A program made the position numbers and the translations under genes. Below are positions 36,455-47,965 of a DNA stretch of 64,000 nt, piece by piece (within the stretch, counting starts at the first letter, position 1; each line of letters opens with the position of its first letter). The DNA comes from Candidatus Omnitrophota bacterium (GTDB lineage: Bacteria > Omnitrophota > Gorgyraeia > Gygaellales > Profunditerraquicolaceae): positions 325,165 to 389,164 of the forward strand of contig JBAZJY010000001.1 of the NCBI GenBank assembly GCA_041651115.1, in the 5' to 3' direction. Under the pieces are notes generated by a model. That model was not told where the DNA came from and did no database searches. It worked only from the letters and a program-made list of their open reading frames with translations.

Positions 36455-37853
36455 AGACAAAGAAAGCTATTACGCGGTAATTTTAGCCGGCGGCCAGGGA
36501 AGCCGTTTCTGGCCGCAAAGCCGCACGCTTGAGCCGAAACAATTCCTCTCTTTCTACCGGGATAAAAGCCTTTTTGAGCAGACCCTGGAGCGGATTAAGC
36601 CGCTTATACCTGCCGAGAATACGATTATTGTTACTTCCGACCTATACCGCCATCAGATCCATGAGTTCATTAAACCGTTTAATATTCCCGACGATAACCT
36701 GATTTTTGAGCCGGAAGGAAAGAATACTGCTCCTTCGATTGCCGTAGCAGCGCAGATGATCTTTAGTCGTGATCCGGATTCCCGTGTTTGCGTCATGCCT
36801 TGCGACCACCTGATTAAGCATAGCCGGCAATTCATAAAGATCATTAGCCGCGCATTAGCTTTGTGTAAAGACCGCATGGTCATATTTGGAATACCGCCGC
36901 ACAGGCCAGCTACTGGATATGGTTATATCAAGGCAGGTAAAAAAACCGGGGCCTTCCTGAAGGTAGACAGGTTTTGCGAAAAGCCCGACATTGCCACTGC
37001 CCGGCGGTTTGTGAAAAGCGGAGCTTATTTTTGGAATAGCGGGATATTCGCCGCTTCCAGCCGGACTTTCCTTGAAGAATTTAAGACTTATCTTCCGGAT
37101 CTTTACCGTCAAACCCTGAAGATCAACAGCGCAAGCGATCTAAAGATCGTTTGGAAAAAAATAAAACCGGAATCCTTTGATTACGGGATTTTAGAGAAAT
37201 CCCGCAGGCTATTAATGATCCCCGCGGAAGGGTTGGGTTGGTCAGACCTTGGCAGTTGGCAGGCCTGGGATGAAGTGCTGGAAAAAGACAAAGATACGAA
37301 TATCCTTAATGCCGACGTGGTAAGCCTGCATAGCAAGAACATTACGGTTGTGGGTAATAACCGGCTCATTGCCACGATCGGGCTGGACGATTTGATCATT
37401 GTGGATACCGCAGACGCGCTTTTGGTCGCCCGTAAAAACAAGACCGAGCATGTTAAGAGCGTAGTGGATATCCTTAAACAAAAGGGCAGGCTGGAACATT
37501 ATGCGCATCGCACGGTAAAACGGCCATGGGGATCTTATACGGTTTTAGAATCCGGCAGCGGATATAAAGTCAAGCTGGTAGAGGTCAAGCCAAAGCATTC
37601 ACTTAGCCTGCAGTATCATAATAAGCGCAGCGAGCATTGGGTGGTTGTGGAAGGCCGGGCAAGGCTCGTTAAAGGTAAAAGGACCTGTGTTTTGGAAACA
37701 AACCAAAGCATTTATGTACCGGTAGGCTGCGTGCACCGGATCACTAATCCCGGGGACGGCATATTAAAGATCATTGAAGTACAGGCAGGCGCCTACCTGG
37801 GCGAGGATGATATTGTGCGGCTAAAGGATGACTTCGGCCGTTTGAGCAGATAA
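36444..37853 (+). CDS. manC: mannose-1-phosphate guanylyltransferase / mannose-6-phosphate isomerase (cupin C-terminus)
   Basis: YAVILAGGQGSRFWPQSRTLEPKQFL. C-terminal cupin HRITNPGDG. Confidence 0.85.
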   Translation: MRLKDKESYYAVILAGGQGSRFWPQSRTLEPKQFLSFYRDKSLFEQTLERIKPLIPAENTIIVTSDLYRHQIHEFIKPFNIPDDNLIFEPEGKNTAPSIAVAAQMIFSRDPDSRVCVMPCDHLIKHSRQFIKIISRALALCKDRMVIFGIPPHRPATGYGYIKAGKKTGAFLKVDRFCEKPDIATARRFVKSGAYFWNSGIFAASSRTFLEEFKTYLPDLYRQTLKINSASDLKIVWKKIKPESFDYGILEKSRRLLMIPAEGLGWSDLGSWQAWDEVLEKDKDTNILNADVVSLHSKNITVVGNNRLIATIGLDDLIIVDTADALLVARKNKTEHVKSVVDILKQKGRLEHYAHRTVKRPWGSYTVLESGSGYKVKLVEVKPKHSLSLQYHNKRSEHWVVVEGRARLVKGKRTCVLETNQSIYVPVGCVHRITNPGDGILKIIEVQAGAYLGEDDIVRLKDDFGRLSR

Positions 37854-37873
37854 TCAGCTAATAGGGGGATCAA

Positions 37874-38854
37874 ATGATAAAAAACAAACGGGTGATGGTC
37901 AGCGGCGCCGGCGGTTTTATCGGCAGCCATTTAGCAAGAGAACTAAGCGAACAGGGAAATTTTGTACGGGCGGTGGATATTAAATGGGATGATTATATTG
38001 CTGATCCGCGCTATTCGGAAAAACTTACACTTGATCTGCGCCAGCCGGAGAGCTGCTTTAAGGCAACGCAAGGCATGGACTATGTATTTAACCTCGCGGC
38101 AAATATGGGAGGTATCGGGTTTATTTCTTCTGTCGGCGCGGAAGTAATGTATGACAACGTACTGATCAATGCGCACATTGCCCGGTCTTGCGTGAAAAAT
38201 AAGGTAAAGCGGTTATTCTTTTCGTCATCCGCCTGCATCTATCCCACTTACCGCCAGGAAAGCCCGGAAGTAAAACCGCTGAAGGAAGCAGACGCTTATC
38301 CGGCTAACCCGGATAATTTCTACGGCTGGGAGAAATTATATGCGGAGATAATGTTGGAGGCTTTTAATAAGGACAACGGCCTGGATGTCCGGATTGCCCG
38401 TTTTCATAACGTCTACGGACCAGAAGGCACTTATACCGGAGGCAGAGAAAAATCTCCTGCGGCAATCTGCCGTAAAGTTGCGGAAGCCGCTAATCCGGGC
38501 GAGATTGAGATATGGGGCGATGGCCTGCAGACACGCTCTTACTGTTATATTGACGACTGTGTGCGCGGCATCATCATGCTTATGGGGTCTGATTATGGCA
38601 AACCGCTGAATATCGGATCTGACCGGCTGGTTACGATCAATCAGCTGGCGGATATTGCGATAAATGTTTCAGGCAAGAAGATCGCGAAAAAATATGCCCG
38701 CAGCGCCCCGCAGGGGGTAAGGGGCAGGAATGCCGATCTTACTTTGGTAAAAAAAGTTCTAGGCTGGCATCCGGAAATAAGCCTTGAGCAGGGAATAGAG
38801 AATACGTATTTATGGATCGAAAAAATGATCAGCGCCAAAGTAAAAATGGCATAA
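37874..38854 (+). CDS. NAD-dependent epimerase; GDP-mannose 3,5-epimerase-like
   Basis: VMVSGAGGFIGSHLARELSEQGNFVRAVDIKWDDY and ARFHNVYGPEGTYTGGREKSPAAICRK match GME-family signatures recalled from plant/bacterial GME. Confidence 0.65.
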   Translation: MIKNKRVMVSGAGGFIGSHLARELSEQGNFVRAVDIKWDDYIADPRYSEKLTLDLRQPESCFKATQGMDYVFNLAANMGGIGFISSVGAEVMYDNVLINAHIARSCVKNKVKRLFFSSSACIYPTYRQESPEVKPLKEADAYPANPDNFYGWEKLYAEIMLEAFNKDNGLDVRIARFHNVYGPEGTYTGGREKSPAAICRKVAEAANPGEIEIWGDGLQTRSYCYIDDCVRGIIMLMGSDYGKPLNIGSDRLVTINQLADIAINVSGKKIAKKYARSAPQGVRGRNADLTLVKKVLGWHPEISLEQGIENTYLWIEKMISAKVKMA

Positions 38855-39762
38855 TGGCTATTTCAAGGATTCTTCGAAGTTTTATCTGGAGAATCTGGAA
38901 GATAACTTTCCCCTTTTGGCAAAGGCTGGGTTTGCATGTAGTGCCGAACCACTATAATTATCCTTTGCCGGATATACGCGGCCTTCGCGATGATCTATGG
39001 TCGCGGCATTCGGAATTGCCGGGGATAAATATGAACGTAGAAAATCAGATCCGCCTGCTTTCCCGGTTTACATACATAAGGCCTGAATACGATGGGCTGC
39101 CGAAAGAAAAGACGGCAATTCCTCATCAATATTACATAAATAACGGTACGTTTGCTGCGGTTGACGGAGAAATTTCTTATTGCATGATCCGGTATTTCAA
39201 GCCGAAGATATTTTTCGAAATCGGCGCCGGTAATTCTACGTATTTAGCGGCACAAGCAATCGTGAAGAACCAAGAAGCTGAAGGGGTGGAATGTGAGTTG
39301 ATTGCCTGTGAGCCTTATCCCGATAATATCCTGAAACGTGGTTTTCCCGGCCTTTCCCGGTTAATACCGTCCAAGGTCCAGGATGTTCCTTTGGCGGAAT
39401 TTAACCGGTTGCAGGAAAATGATATTCTTTTTATTGATTCCAGCCATGCTTTATATACTGGCAGCGACGTCCAGTATGAATTTCTGGAATTATTGCCCCG
39501 GCTTAACAGGGGGGTGATCGTACATGTCCACGATATTTTCTTGCCCGCGGAATACCCGCGGGACTTAATTATGGACAAGTACTGTTTTTTTAATGAGCAA
39601 TATTTGCTACAGGCATTTTTAACTTTTAATGATACTTTTGAAATCCTTTGGGCAGGCCGGTTTATGCATCTACGCCACCCGGAAAAATTATCCGTTGCCT
39701 TTAGCTCTTATGAGCAGAATCCGGCATGGCCGGTAAGTCTTTGGATGAGAAAAATGAAATGA
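38854..39762 (+). CDS. putative class I SAM-dependent methyltransferase (Methyltransf_24/CmcI-like)
   Basis: FFEIGAGNSTYLA glycine-rich motif and IDSSH. Weak family assignment. Confidence 0.4.
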   Translation: MAISRILRSFIWRIWKITFPFWQRLGLHVVPNHYNYPLPDIRGLRDDLWSRHSELPGINMNVENQIRLLSRFTYIRPEYDGLPKEKTAIPHQYYINNGTFAAVDGEISYCMIRYFKPKIFFEIGAGNSTYLAAQAIVKNQEAEGVECELIACEPYPDNILKRGFPGLSRLIPSKVQDVPLAEFNRLQENDILFIDSSHALYTGSDVQYEFLELLPRLNRGVIVHVHDIFLPAEYPRDLIMDKYCFFNEQYLLQAFLTFNDTFEILWAGRFMHLRHPEKLSVAFSSYEQNPAWPVSLWMRKMK

Positions 39763-39784
39763 AGGATTTATTAAAGGAGCAGTT

Positions 39785-40654
39785 ATGAAAGGAATAATCC
39801 TTGCGGGAGGAAAGGCAACGCGGCTGCATCCGATTACCAAGGGCGTATGTAAGCAGATGCTGCCGGTTTACGACAAGCCGATGGTCTATTATCCATTATC
39901 GGTATTAATGCTTGCCGGCATAAGGGATGTCCTTATCATCTCTACACCGAGGGATATTCCCCGCTTTAAAGATATCTTTGGTGTGGGGAGTGATTTAGGT
40001 ATGCGTATTTCTTATGCGCCTCAAGCCGAGCCGGCTGGTATTGCCGAGGCGTTCATTATCGGCGAGAAATTCATCCATGATGATACCGTTTGTTTAATTT
40101 TAGGCGACAATATTTTTTTCGGCCACGGGCTGCGGGATATCCTGCAGGAGGCGTCTTGCCTTAGGGAGGGTGCGTTGATCTTCGGCTATTATGTGCGTGA
40201 TCCCGAGAGATACGGCGTTATAGAGTTCGATAAATACGGCAATGCCGTATCGATTGAAGAGAAACCTAAGCAACCGCGTTCGAATTACGCTGTCAGCGGT
40301 CTTTACTTTTATGACAATAACGTGGTCGAGATTGCTAAAAAAATAAAACCTTCCAAAAGAGGAGAGCTGGAGATCACCGGCGTGATCAACGAATATCTTA
40401 AACGGGGGAACCTTAAAATTAAAATGATGGGCCGCGGCTATGCGTGGCTTGATACCGGGACTTATGATTCCCTTATTGACGCATCCCTGTTTATTAAAAC
40501 GATTGAAGACAGGCAGGGCCTGAAGATCGGCTGCGTAGAAGAAGTTGCTTATCGCATGGGTTACATTGACCGCCGTAAACTGGCGGCGTTGGCAAAGCAG
40601 ATAAATACTGCTTACGGAGAATACCTGATGAGAATATTAAAGGAGGCGGATTAA
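39785..40654 (+). CDS. rfbA: glucose-1-phosphate thymidylyltransferase
   Basis: MKGIILAGGKATRLHPITKGVCKQMLPVYDKPMVYYPLSVLMLAGIRDVLIIST. Confidence 0.9.
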   Translation: MKGIILAGGKATRLHPITKGVCKQMLPVYDKPMVYYPLSVLMLAGIRDVLIISTPRDIPRFKDIFGVGSDLGMRISYAPQAEPAGIAEAFIIGEKFIHDDTVCLILGDNIFFGHGLRDILQEASCLREGALIFGYYVRDPERYGVIEFDKYGNAVSIEEKPKQPRSNYAVSGLYFYDNNVVEIAKKIKPSKRGELEITGVINEYLKRGNLKIKMMGRGYAWLDTGTYDSLIDASLFIKTIEDRQGLKIGCVEEVAYRMGYIDRRKLAALAKQINTAYGEYLMRILKEAD

Positions 40655-41218
40655 GTGGCATTTAATTTCAGAAAATTAGAGATTTCCGACGTCATCCTCA
40701 TTGAGCCGGCTGTGTTCAGTGATGACCGCGGATTTTTCATGGAGACTTATAAATATCCGGATTTTAGCCGGGCCGGGATATCCTGCAATTTTCTTCAGGA
40801 TAATCATTCCAAGTCCAGCCAAAAGGGCGTATTGCGAGGCCTGCATTACCAGGTCAAGCCAAAGACCCAGAGTAAGCTCGTCCGGGTGGCCCGCGGAAGC
40901 ATTTTTGATGTTGCCGTTGATTTGCGGGGAGATTCGCCGAATTTCGGTAAATGGATATCTGTAGTTTTAAGCGCCGCTAACAAGTTGATGCTCTATATTC
41001 CCGAAGGTTTTGCCCACGGATATTGCACGTTAGATCCGGAGACAGAGGTCATTTATAAGTGTTCGGATGTTTACGCGCCGGAATACGAGAGGGGCATTAT
41101 CTGGAACGATAAAGAGATTAATATTGCCTGGCCGATACAAAACCCGGTATTATCCGGCCGCGACATGAAATTTCCGGCTTTAAGCCAGGCAAGGGCCAAG
41201 GGGTTGATTGATGAGTAA
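40655..41218 (+). CDS. rfbC: dTDP-4-dehydrorhamnose 3,5-epimerase
   Basis: LIEPAVFSDDRGFFMETY...LRGLHYQ...KLVRVARGSIFDVAVDLR cupin motifs. Confidence 0.85.
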   Translation: MAFNFRKLEISDVILIEPAVFSDDRGFFMETYKYPDFSRAGISCNFLQDNHSKSSQKGVLRGLHYQVKPKTQSKLVRVARGSIFDVAVDLRGDSPNFGKWISVVLSAANKLMLYIPEGFAHGYCTLDPETEVIYKCSDVYAPEYERGIIWNDKEINIAWPIQNPVLSGRDMKFPALSQARAKGLIDE

Positions 41219-42182
41219 AAGCATTCTGGTTACCGGAGGCTGCGGTTTTATCGGGTCACATTTTATCCGGCATATGCTTGAGCATGATAAAACATGCCGG
41301 GTCTCTAACCTGGATAACTTAAGCTATGCCGGAGACTTGAAGCGACTGCGGGATGTTAACAAAGATAAAAGATACGAATTTATCAGGGGGGACATACGAA
41401 AATCCGGCGATATCGCCAGAGCGTTTTTCCGTAAGATAGATGCCGTTGTGCATTTTGCCGCCGAAAGCCATGTTGATAATTCCATCCGCGACCCGTTAAT
41501 TTTTGAAGAAGTAAACGTGCGCGGCACGCTTAACCTTTTGGCTGCGGCGCGGCAAAAAGGGATAAAAAAGTTCATCCACATTTCTACCGACGAAGTTTAT
41601 GGAGAGATCCACGGAGGAAAATTCAGGGAAGATTCGCCGCTGGCGCCGAATTCCCCGTATTCAGCCAGTAAAGCAGCGGCTGATTCTTTTGTCCGCGCTT
41701 TTATGCGCACATATAAATTTCCGGCATTAATTGTCCGGCCGTGCAATAACTATGGGCCGTGGCAGTATCCGGAAAAGTTCATCCCGGTTGCGATTTGCAG
41801 CTTAATGAAGAACAGGCCGATCCCGGTTTACGGCCGCGGATTAAACTGCCGGGAATGGCTCTATGTTACCGATACGGCAGCGGCGATCGCCATGCTTTTA
41901 ACCAAAGGTAAGGCCGGTGAAGTTTATAATGTCGGCTCAGGAGTGGAGACCCGCAATCTGGACTTGGCGCGTAAGATACTTAAAATTTCCGCTAATCCGG
42001 GAAAACTGATCGAATTTGTTGCGGATCGGCCCGGCCATGACTTCCGTTATGCCCTTGATTCGGCAAAGATCCGCAATCTCGGCTGGAACCCGGAAATAAC
42101 ATTCCCGGAGGGGCTAAAAGCCACTATTAGCTGGTATTTAAGGCAAAAAGACTGGCTGTTCAAAAGGCATAAAACGCCTTGA
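41208..42182 (+). CDS. rfbB: dTDP-glucose 4,6-dehydratase
   Basis: ILVTGGCGFIGSHFIRHML...ISTDEVYG...YSASKAAAD...NNYGPWQYPEKFIP. Confidence 0.9.
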   Translation: MMSKSILVTGGCGFIGSHFIRHMLEHDKTCRVSNLDNLSYAGDLKRLRDVNKDKRYEFIRGDIRKSGDIARAFFRKIDAVVHFAAESHVDNSIRDPLIFEEVNVRGTLNLLAAARQKGIKKFIHISTDEVYGEIHGGKFREDSPLAPNSPYSASKAAADSFVRAFMRTYKFPALIVRPCNNYGPWQYPEKFIPVAICSLMKNRPIPVYGRGLNCREWLYVTDTAAAIAMLLTKGKAGEVYNVGSGVETRNLDLARKILKISANPGKLIEFVADRPGHDFRYALDSAKIRNLGWNPEITFPEGLKATISWYLRQKDWLFKRHKTP

Positions 42183-42206
42183 CTTTTTTGACCTGTTTGT
42201 TAAAAT
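42179..42206 (+). promoter_or_regulatory. putative promoter producing a leaderless transcript for the MarR-type gene
   Basis: TTGACT, 16-nt spacer, TAAAAT ending 7 nt before the ATG at 42214. Confidence 0.35.
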
Positions 42207-42213
42207 ATGTTCA

Positions 42214-43501
<1,288 letters not shown>

Positions 43502-43508
43502 CGGTAAG

Positions 43509-44489
43509 ATGGCTTTAAACAAAAAAATAACCTGTATCGCCGGCGCAACTGGAATGGTAGGCAGCAGTATTCTCAGCCAGCTGCTTATTATTAATGGCAA
43601 TGCGCAGATCCGCGCGTCTTCTCATAATGCGGAGCCGCTCATTCGTGACCGGCGCATTGAATATATACGCGCCGACCTAAGATCCCTGGAAGACTGCAAA
43701 CAGATGCTGCGCGGCTGCGGTTGTCTTGTGATGGCAGCGGGATATGGCGGGGGAGCAAAAAATACCCGGGCATTTCCCTGGCAGCATATCAATGAAAATT
43801 TAACCATGAATAAGCAGGTATTAGAGGCTGCCTGCCTGGAAGGCGTCAGGCGCGTCATCCTTATCAGCTCGGCTACCCTGTATCAGGAATTTTCCGGCAA
43901 TGTCAAAGAGGACCAGCTTGATTGGAACAAGGATCCCCACGAAGCGCATTTTGCCTTTGGTTGGACAATGCGGTTCATTGAAAAATTATGTATGTTTGTA
44001 CATAAACGCTACGGCATAGAAGTCATTATCGCAAGGGCGGCGAACATTTTCGGCCCTTTTGACAAATTTAACCCCGAAATCTCTAATTTTATCCCCGCGC
44101 TCATCCGTAAGGCAACGGATAAATTGGATCCTTTTGAGGTATGGGGTTCTCCGGATGTGGTCAGGGATGTCCTTTATTCGGAAGATTTGGCCCGGGCAAT
44201 AACAGCCATGCTTGAAAAGGACAATTTAGGCGGCTATGGCGTTTTTAACCTTGGCTCTGGAAGGGCGACCACAGTCGGAGAAGTAGTCCAGTGGGCATTA
44301 AAATACGCCCAGCACACACCAACAGATATTAAGTATGCGCAAGATAAGCCGGTAACTATCAAATCCAGGATACTTGACTGCGGCAAGGCTGCAGATGTCC
44401 TTGGCTGGAGGCCGCAATATACCATTGAAGAAGGGATAAGGAAGACAACCCAATGGTGGATGGAGAATAAAAAATGGTGGAAAAAATGA
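43509..44489 (+). CDS. SDR-family NAD-dependent sugar epimerase/reductase (paralog 1 of 3)
   Basis: IAGATGMVGSSI...RIEYIRADLRSLEDC. Paralogous to the ORFs at 49536 and 52748. Confidence 0.7.
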   Translation: MALNKKITCIAGATGMVGSSILSQLLIINGNAQIRASSHNAEPLIRDRRIEYIRADLRSLEDCKQMLRGCGCLVMAAGYGGGAKNTRAFPWQHINENLTMNKQVLEAACLEGVRRVILISSATLYQEFSGNVKEDQLDWNKDPHEAHFAFGWTMRFIEKLCMFVHKRYGIEVIIARAANIFGPFDKFNPEISNFIPALIRKATDKLDPFEVWGSPDVVRDVLYSEDLARAITAMLEKDNLGGYGVFNLGSGRATTVGEVVQWALKYAQHTPTDIKYAQDKPVTIKSRILDCGKAADVLGWRPQYTIEEGIRKTTQWWMENKKWWKK

Positions 44490-45244
44490 AAACAGAAAAA
44501 CATGATGCGATTACTTTATCCAGCGTTGAAGAAAAAGAGGCGATAAGGCGGTTTGTGGGGCATTTCAAAGAATCCCCGCTTCCCGATGATGAGATCCTGC
44601 CTAATATCGGGCTCTTTTTGACTTCTAAGAACCTTTCGCGAATATTATTTTTTTATGAGATATATAAGAAGATCATCAACCATCACGGCGTGATCATGGA
44701 ATTCGGCGTGCGCTGGGGCCAGCTTGCCTCCGTATTAGTGGCGCTGAGGAGTATTTTTGAGCCTTTTAACCGGCACAGAAAATATATCGGTTTTGATACA
44801 TTCGAAGGATTCAGGGGAATGTGCAAGAAGGACGGCCAGGCCTGTGAAAGCAAAGATGGTTCTTTTTCTGTCCCCCCGGGATATGAAGAATATCTGGGCA
44901 AGATCATACGCATGCAGGAACAATTGAATCCAATGTCGCATTTAAGCCGTTATGAGCTGATCAAGGGCGATGCGGTAGAAACGGTGCGCGCATACCTAAG
45001 CAAGCATCCGGAAACAGTCATTTCTCTGGCGATATTTGATTTTGATATTTATACTCCGACCAAGGCAGCGCTTGAAGCAATTAAGCCGCATTTGACTAAA
45101 GGCAGTATTTTAGTGTTTGATGAACTTTGCGATGATATCCATCCCGGCGAGACAATTGCCGTACAAGAGGTCTTAGGGTTAAATAACCTAAAGATCCAGA
45201 GGATGCCGATGACGGCAAGAGTGTCTTATGTGGAGATAGGATGA
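44474..45244 (+). CDS. TylF/MycF-family (macrocin-type) O-methyltransferase
   Basis: IMEFGVRWGQLASVL...YIGFDTFEGF matches the TylF pattern ECGV.RGGS...FDSFEG. Confidence 0.6.
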   Translation: MVEKMKTEKHDAITLSSVEEKEAIRRFVGHFKESPLPDDEILPNIGLFLTSKNLSRILFFYEIYKKIINHHGVIMEFGVRWGQLASVLVALRSIFEPFNRHRKYIGFDTFEGFRGMCKKDGQACESKDGSFSVPPGYEEYLGKIIRMQEQLNPMSHLSRYELIKGDAVETVRAYLSKHPETVISLAIFDFDIYTPTKAALEAIKPHLTKGSILVFDELCDDIHPGETIAVQEVLGLNNLKIQRMPMTARVSYVEIG

Positions 45245-46023
45245 CCCCGGTTTGCGCCGAAATCAGAAAAAGAATGATCGATATTTCCATGGTCAGCGGG
45301 CATGGCCACCTGCCGTCCTGCTTTTCCGTGATTGAGATCTTATATGCGGTATATAGCGTAATAAAGCATGACCCCAAGAACCCGCTCTGGGAAGAACGTG
45401 ACATATTTATTTTGAGCAAAGGCCACGCCGCGCTTGCTCAATATTGCGTCTTGGCGGAATTCGGTTACTTTAACAAGAAAGATCTGGCAGCTTACGGCGC
45501 GTTTATGTCTAATTTTGGCTGTCATGCCGACAGGTCAAAGATCCCGGGCGTAGAGGCTTCCACAGGTTCATTAGGACATGGGATAGGGATTGCCGTCGGC
45601 ATGGCGCTGGCGAATAAGATCAAGAAACATAAGCGGCGTATCCTGACGCTGATTGGCGACGGGGAAGCAAATGAAGGTACGGTATGGGAAGCAATGATGG
45701 TGGCAGAAAATTTAAAACTTAGCAACTTAACCGTTATCTATGACAACAACCTTTCCCATGCCCGGGGGCTGCAAATACGCAATCCCGCTGAACGTTTCCG
45801 GGCATTCGGGTGCCAGGTTTCGGAAGTAAGCGGCCATGATATCGCTGAGCTGAAAAAGAAAATTACAGAATCGGCGGATACGGTTAAAGTCATCGTGGCA
45901 AATACGCAAAAAGGATACGGATGCAAAACGCTGGTCGATAACCAGTATGAATGGCATAGAAAATCACCGAACGCAGAACAGAAGAATAAATTAATCGAGG
46001 AGATCTGTGCGGAAACAATTTAA
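45241..46023 (+). CDS. transketolase, N-terminal (ThDP-binding) subunit of a split transketolase
   Basis: GHGHLPSCFSVIEILYAVY...GSLGHGIGIAVGMALANK...GDGEANEG. Confidence 0.8.
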   Translation: MTPVCAEIRKRMIDISMVSGHGHLPSCFSVIEILYAVYSVIKHDPKNPLWEERDIFILSKGHAALAQYCVLAEFGYFNKKDLAAYGAFMSNFGCHADRSKIPGVEASTGSLGHGIGIAVGMALANKIKKHKRRILTLIGDGEANEGTVWEAMMVAENLKLSNLTVIYDNNLSHARGLQIRNPAERFRAFGCQVSEVSGHDIAELKKKITESADTVKVIVANTQKGYGCKTLVDNQYEWHRKSPNAEQKNKLIEEICAETI

Positions 46024-46891
46024 AGAGACCGTTATGGACCTGGCCCGGCACGACGATAAGATCGTCCTGGTTTTTGGCGATATCAGCGTTTATCTCTTTC
46101 AGGATTTTAGCGCGCAGTATCCCGGCCGTTTCTACAATATGGGGATTTGCGAGAATACGTTAGTGAGCGTCGGGGCGGGATTAAGCTCGCAAGGCCTTTT
46201 TCCGTTCGTGCATACGATCACTCCTTTTGTGACGGAAAGGAGTTACGAGCAGATCAAGCTGGATATGTGCTATAACCGTTTCGGCGGCAATATAATTTCC
46301 TGCGGCGCGTCCTTTGATTATGCCTGGGATGGCGCTACCCACCATGCCTATACGGATTTATCTTTATTACGCCTGCTTCCCGGGGCAGAAGTGATTCAGC
46401 CGGGGTCAAGGAAGGAACTGGATGCTTTGCTGCGCAGCCAATACAATAACGGGAAGATGACCTATTTCCGCCTTTCCGACTATCCCCATACAATTGATAC
46501 GCCGGTTGAATTCGGTAAAGGCGTTATCCTGAAAAATAATAACGCATCGGTAACAGTCATGACTGCCGGACCGTTATTGGGCAATGTCCTGGAGGCATGC
46601 AAAGGCCTTAATGTTAACCTTGTATATTTCCATACGATAAAACCCATAGATAAAGAAATGATCCGTAAGTTTCGTAATACCGACATTCTCGTTATCCACG
46701 ATGCCTTTGGGTTGTATGAAGCAATATGCGAAGTCCCCAATATTTCAGTTTCGTATTACGGCCTGCCGGATGAATTTATCAGCTGTTATGGAAAGCTTGA
46801 CCAGATAAGAAAGCACATCGGCCTTGATGTAGACGGGATCAGGGGGAAGGTCAAAGGTCAGATCAGCGCTTCTGCGAAGAATAAAAGGTAA
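46007..46891 (+). CDS. transketolase, C-terminal (pyrimidine-binding) subunit
   Basis: FGDISVYLFQDFSAQYPGRFYNMGICENTLVSVGAGLS. Overlaps the N-terminal subunit gene. Confidence 0.8.
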   Translation: MRKQFKETVMDLARHDDKIVLVFGDISVYLFQDFSAQYPGRFYNMGICENTLVSVGAGLSSQGLFPFVHTITPFVTERSYEQIKLDMCYNRFGGNIISCGASFDYAWDGATHHAYTDLSLLRLLPGAEVIQPGSRKELDALLRSQYNNGKMTYFRLSDYPHTIDTPVEFGKGVILKNNNASVTVMTAGPLLGNVLEACKGLNVNLVYFHTIKPIDKEMIRKFRNTDILVIHDAFGLYEAICEVPNISVSYYGLPDEFISCYGKLDQIRKHIGLDVDGIRGKVKGQISASAKNKR

Positions 46892-46913
46892 CGGTGCTTA
46901 AATAGGAGTAAAT

Positions 46914-47948
46914 ATGGAAGATATTAAAAGGTCTCTTGAGCGGGCAATAGTTGAACAGGGGTGGTGCTTTGGCGATAAGGCAACACGCATAGGGTTGCCG
47001 TTTGAGTGGACGGAAAATGAACGTAAGCCTTTGATCCTGAGCTTGAAGGACCTGCTGGCAGTAGGGTTTTATTTTTCCATGTATTATGTGCAAAAGAAAA
47101 CTCCCGATACGATCATTACGAAGGATCATGATAAGGTGCAAAAGTATTGCCGGGAGCAATTATACGGCGTCTTTAAACATTTTTTTCCTTTTTTAGAACT
47201 GAATGGGACATGGAAAAACCATATTGAAAGTCAGGCATTGGCGCGGGCACAGGACTATTGTTTTATCAAGCGGTATTGCGATAAGTTGCCGAAGCGGTTA
47301 TCGCACGGCGATATCGGGGCAGGGCTGGGAACGACGACTTTATACAGCCTGAAATTCCTTAATTCAACTTTTTATGCACTTGAGGCCAGCCCGATGAGCT
47401 ACTCGGTGCAGCGGAACTATTTTCGTTTCGTTTCTCCATATCCGGGCGCCTATCTTGATGTTGTTGAGTGCGAGAATTTCCAATTGACGCAAGATGCTAT
47501 CCGGAAAGAACTGGGCAAAGATTCTTACCGTCTAAAACATGTTCCGACGTGGAGGTTCGGCCTGGTCCCCGCGCGTTCGCTAGACCTGCTCACGGCGACT
47601 TTTGTCCTGAATGAACTTAATTATGCGGGAATACTTTGGCTCCTTGCTCAGGCATCAAGGACATTGAGAAAGAATGGCTATTTTTATATCCGGGATAGTT
47701 TTATCCTTAAGGCGGGCACCCACTCCATAGATTACGACAAGGTACTGCTGAAGATCGGTTTTCAGCGCAAGGCGCAGTTTGAGATCGCTAATCGCCATGA
47801 TTTTTTCGGCATCCCTCGGCTTTATCGGAAAATCAGCGATAAAGCGTATTCGTTTGATGAAATGGTTGAGATGTGTTTAGGCAAATTTGCCTCTGTGGCA
47901 TCGGGTTCAAGCTATGCCTACAATATGGAATCAACCCCAAAGTTGTAA
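46914..47948 (+). CDS. hypothetical protein, possible class I methyltransferase fold
   Basis: The GDIGAGLGTTT glycine-rich loop is the only recognisable element. Confidence 0.35.
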   Translation: MEDIKRSLERAIVEQGWCFGDKATRIGLPFEWTENERKPLILSLKDLLAVGFYFSMYYVQKKTPDTIITKDHDKVQKYCREQLYGVFKHFFPFLELNGTWKNHIESQALARAQDYCFIKRYCDKLPKRLSHGDIGAGLGTTTLYSLKFLNSTFYALEASPMSYSVQRNYFRFVSPYPGAYLDVVECENFQLTQDAIRKELGKDSYRLKHVPTWRFGLVPARSLDLLTATFVLNELNYAGILWLLAQASRTLRKNGYFYIRDSFILKAGTHSIDYDKVLLKIGFQRKAQFEIANRHDFFGIPRLYRKISDKAYSFDEMVEMCLGKFASVASGSSYAYNMESTPKL

Positions 47949-47965
47949 AAGAATATTTAGCTAAG

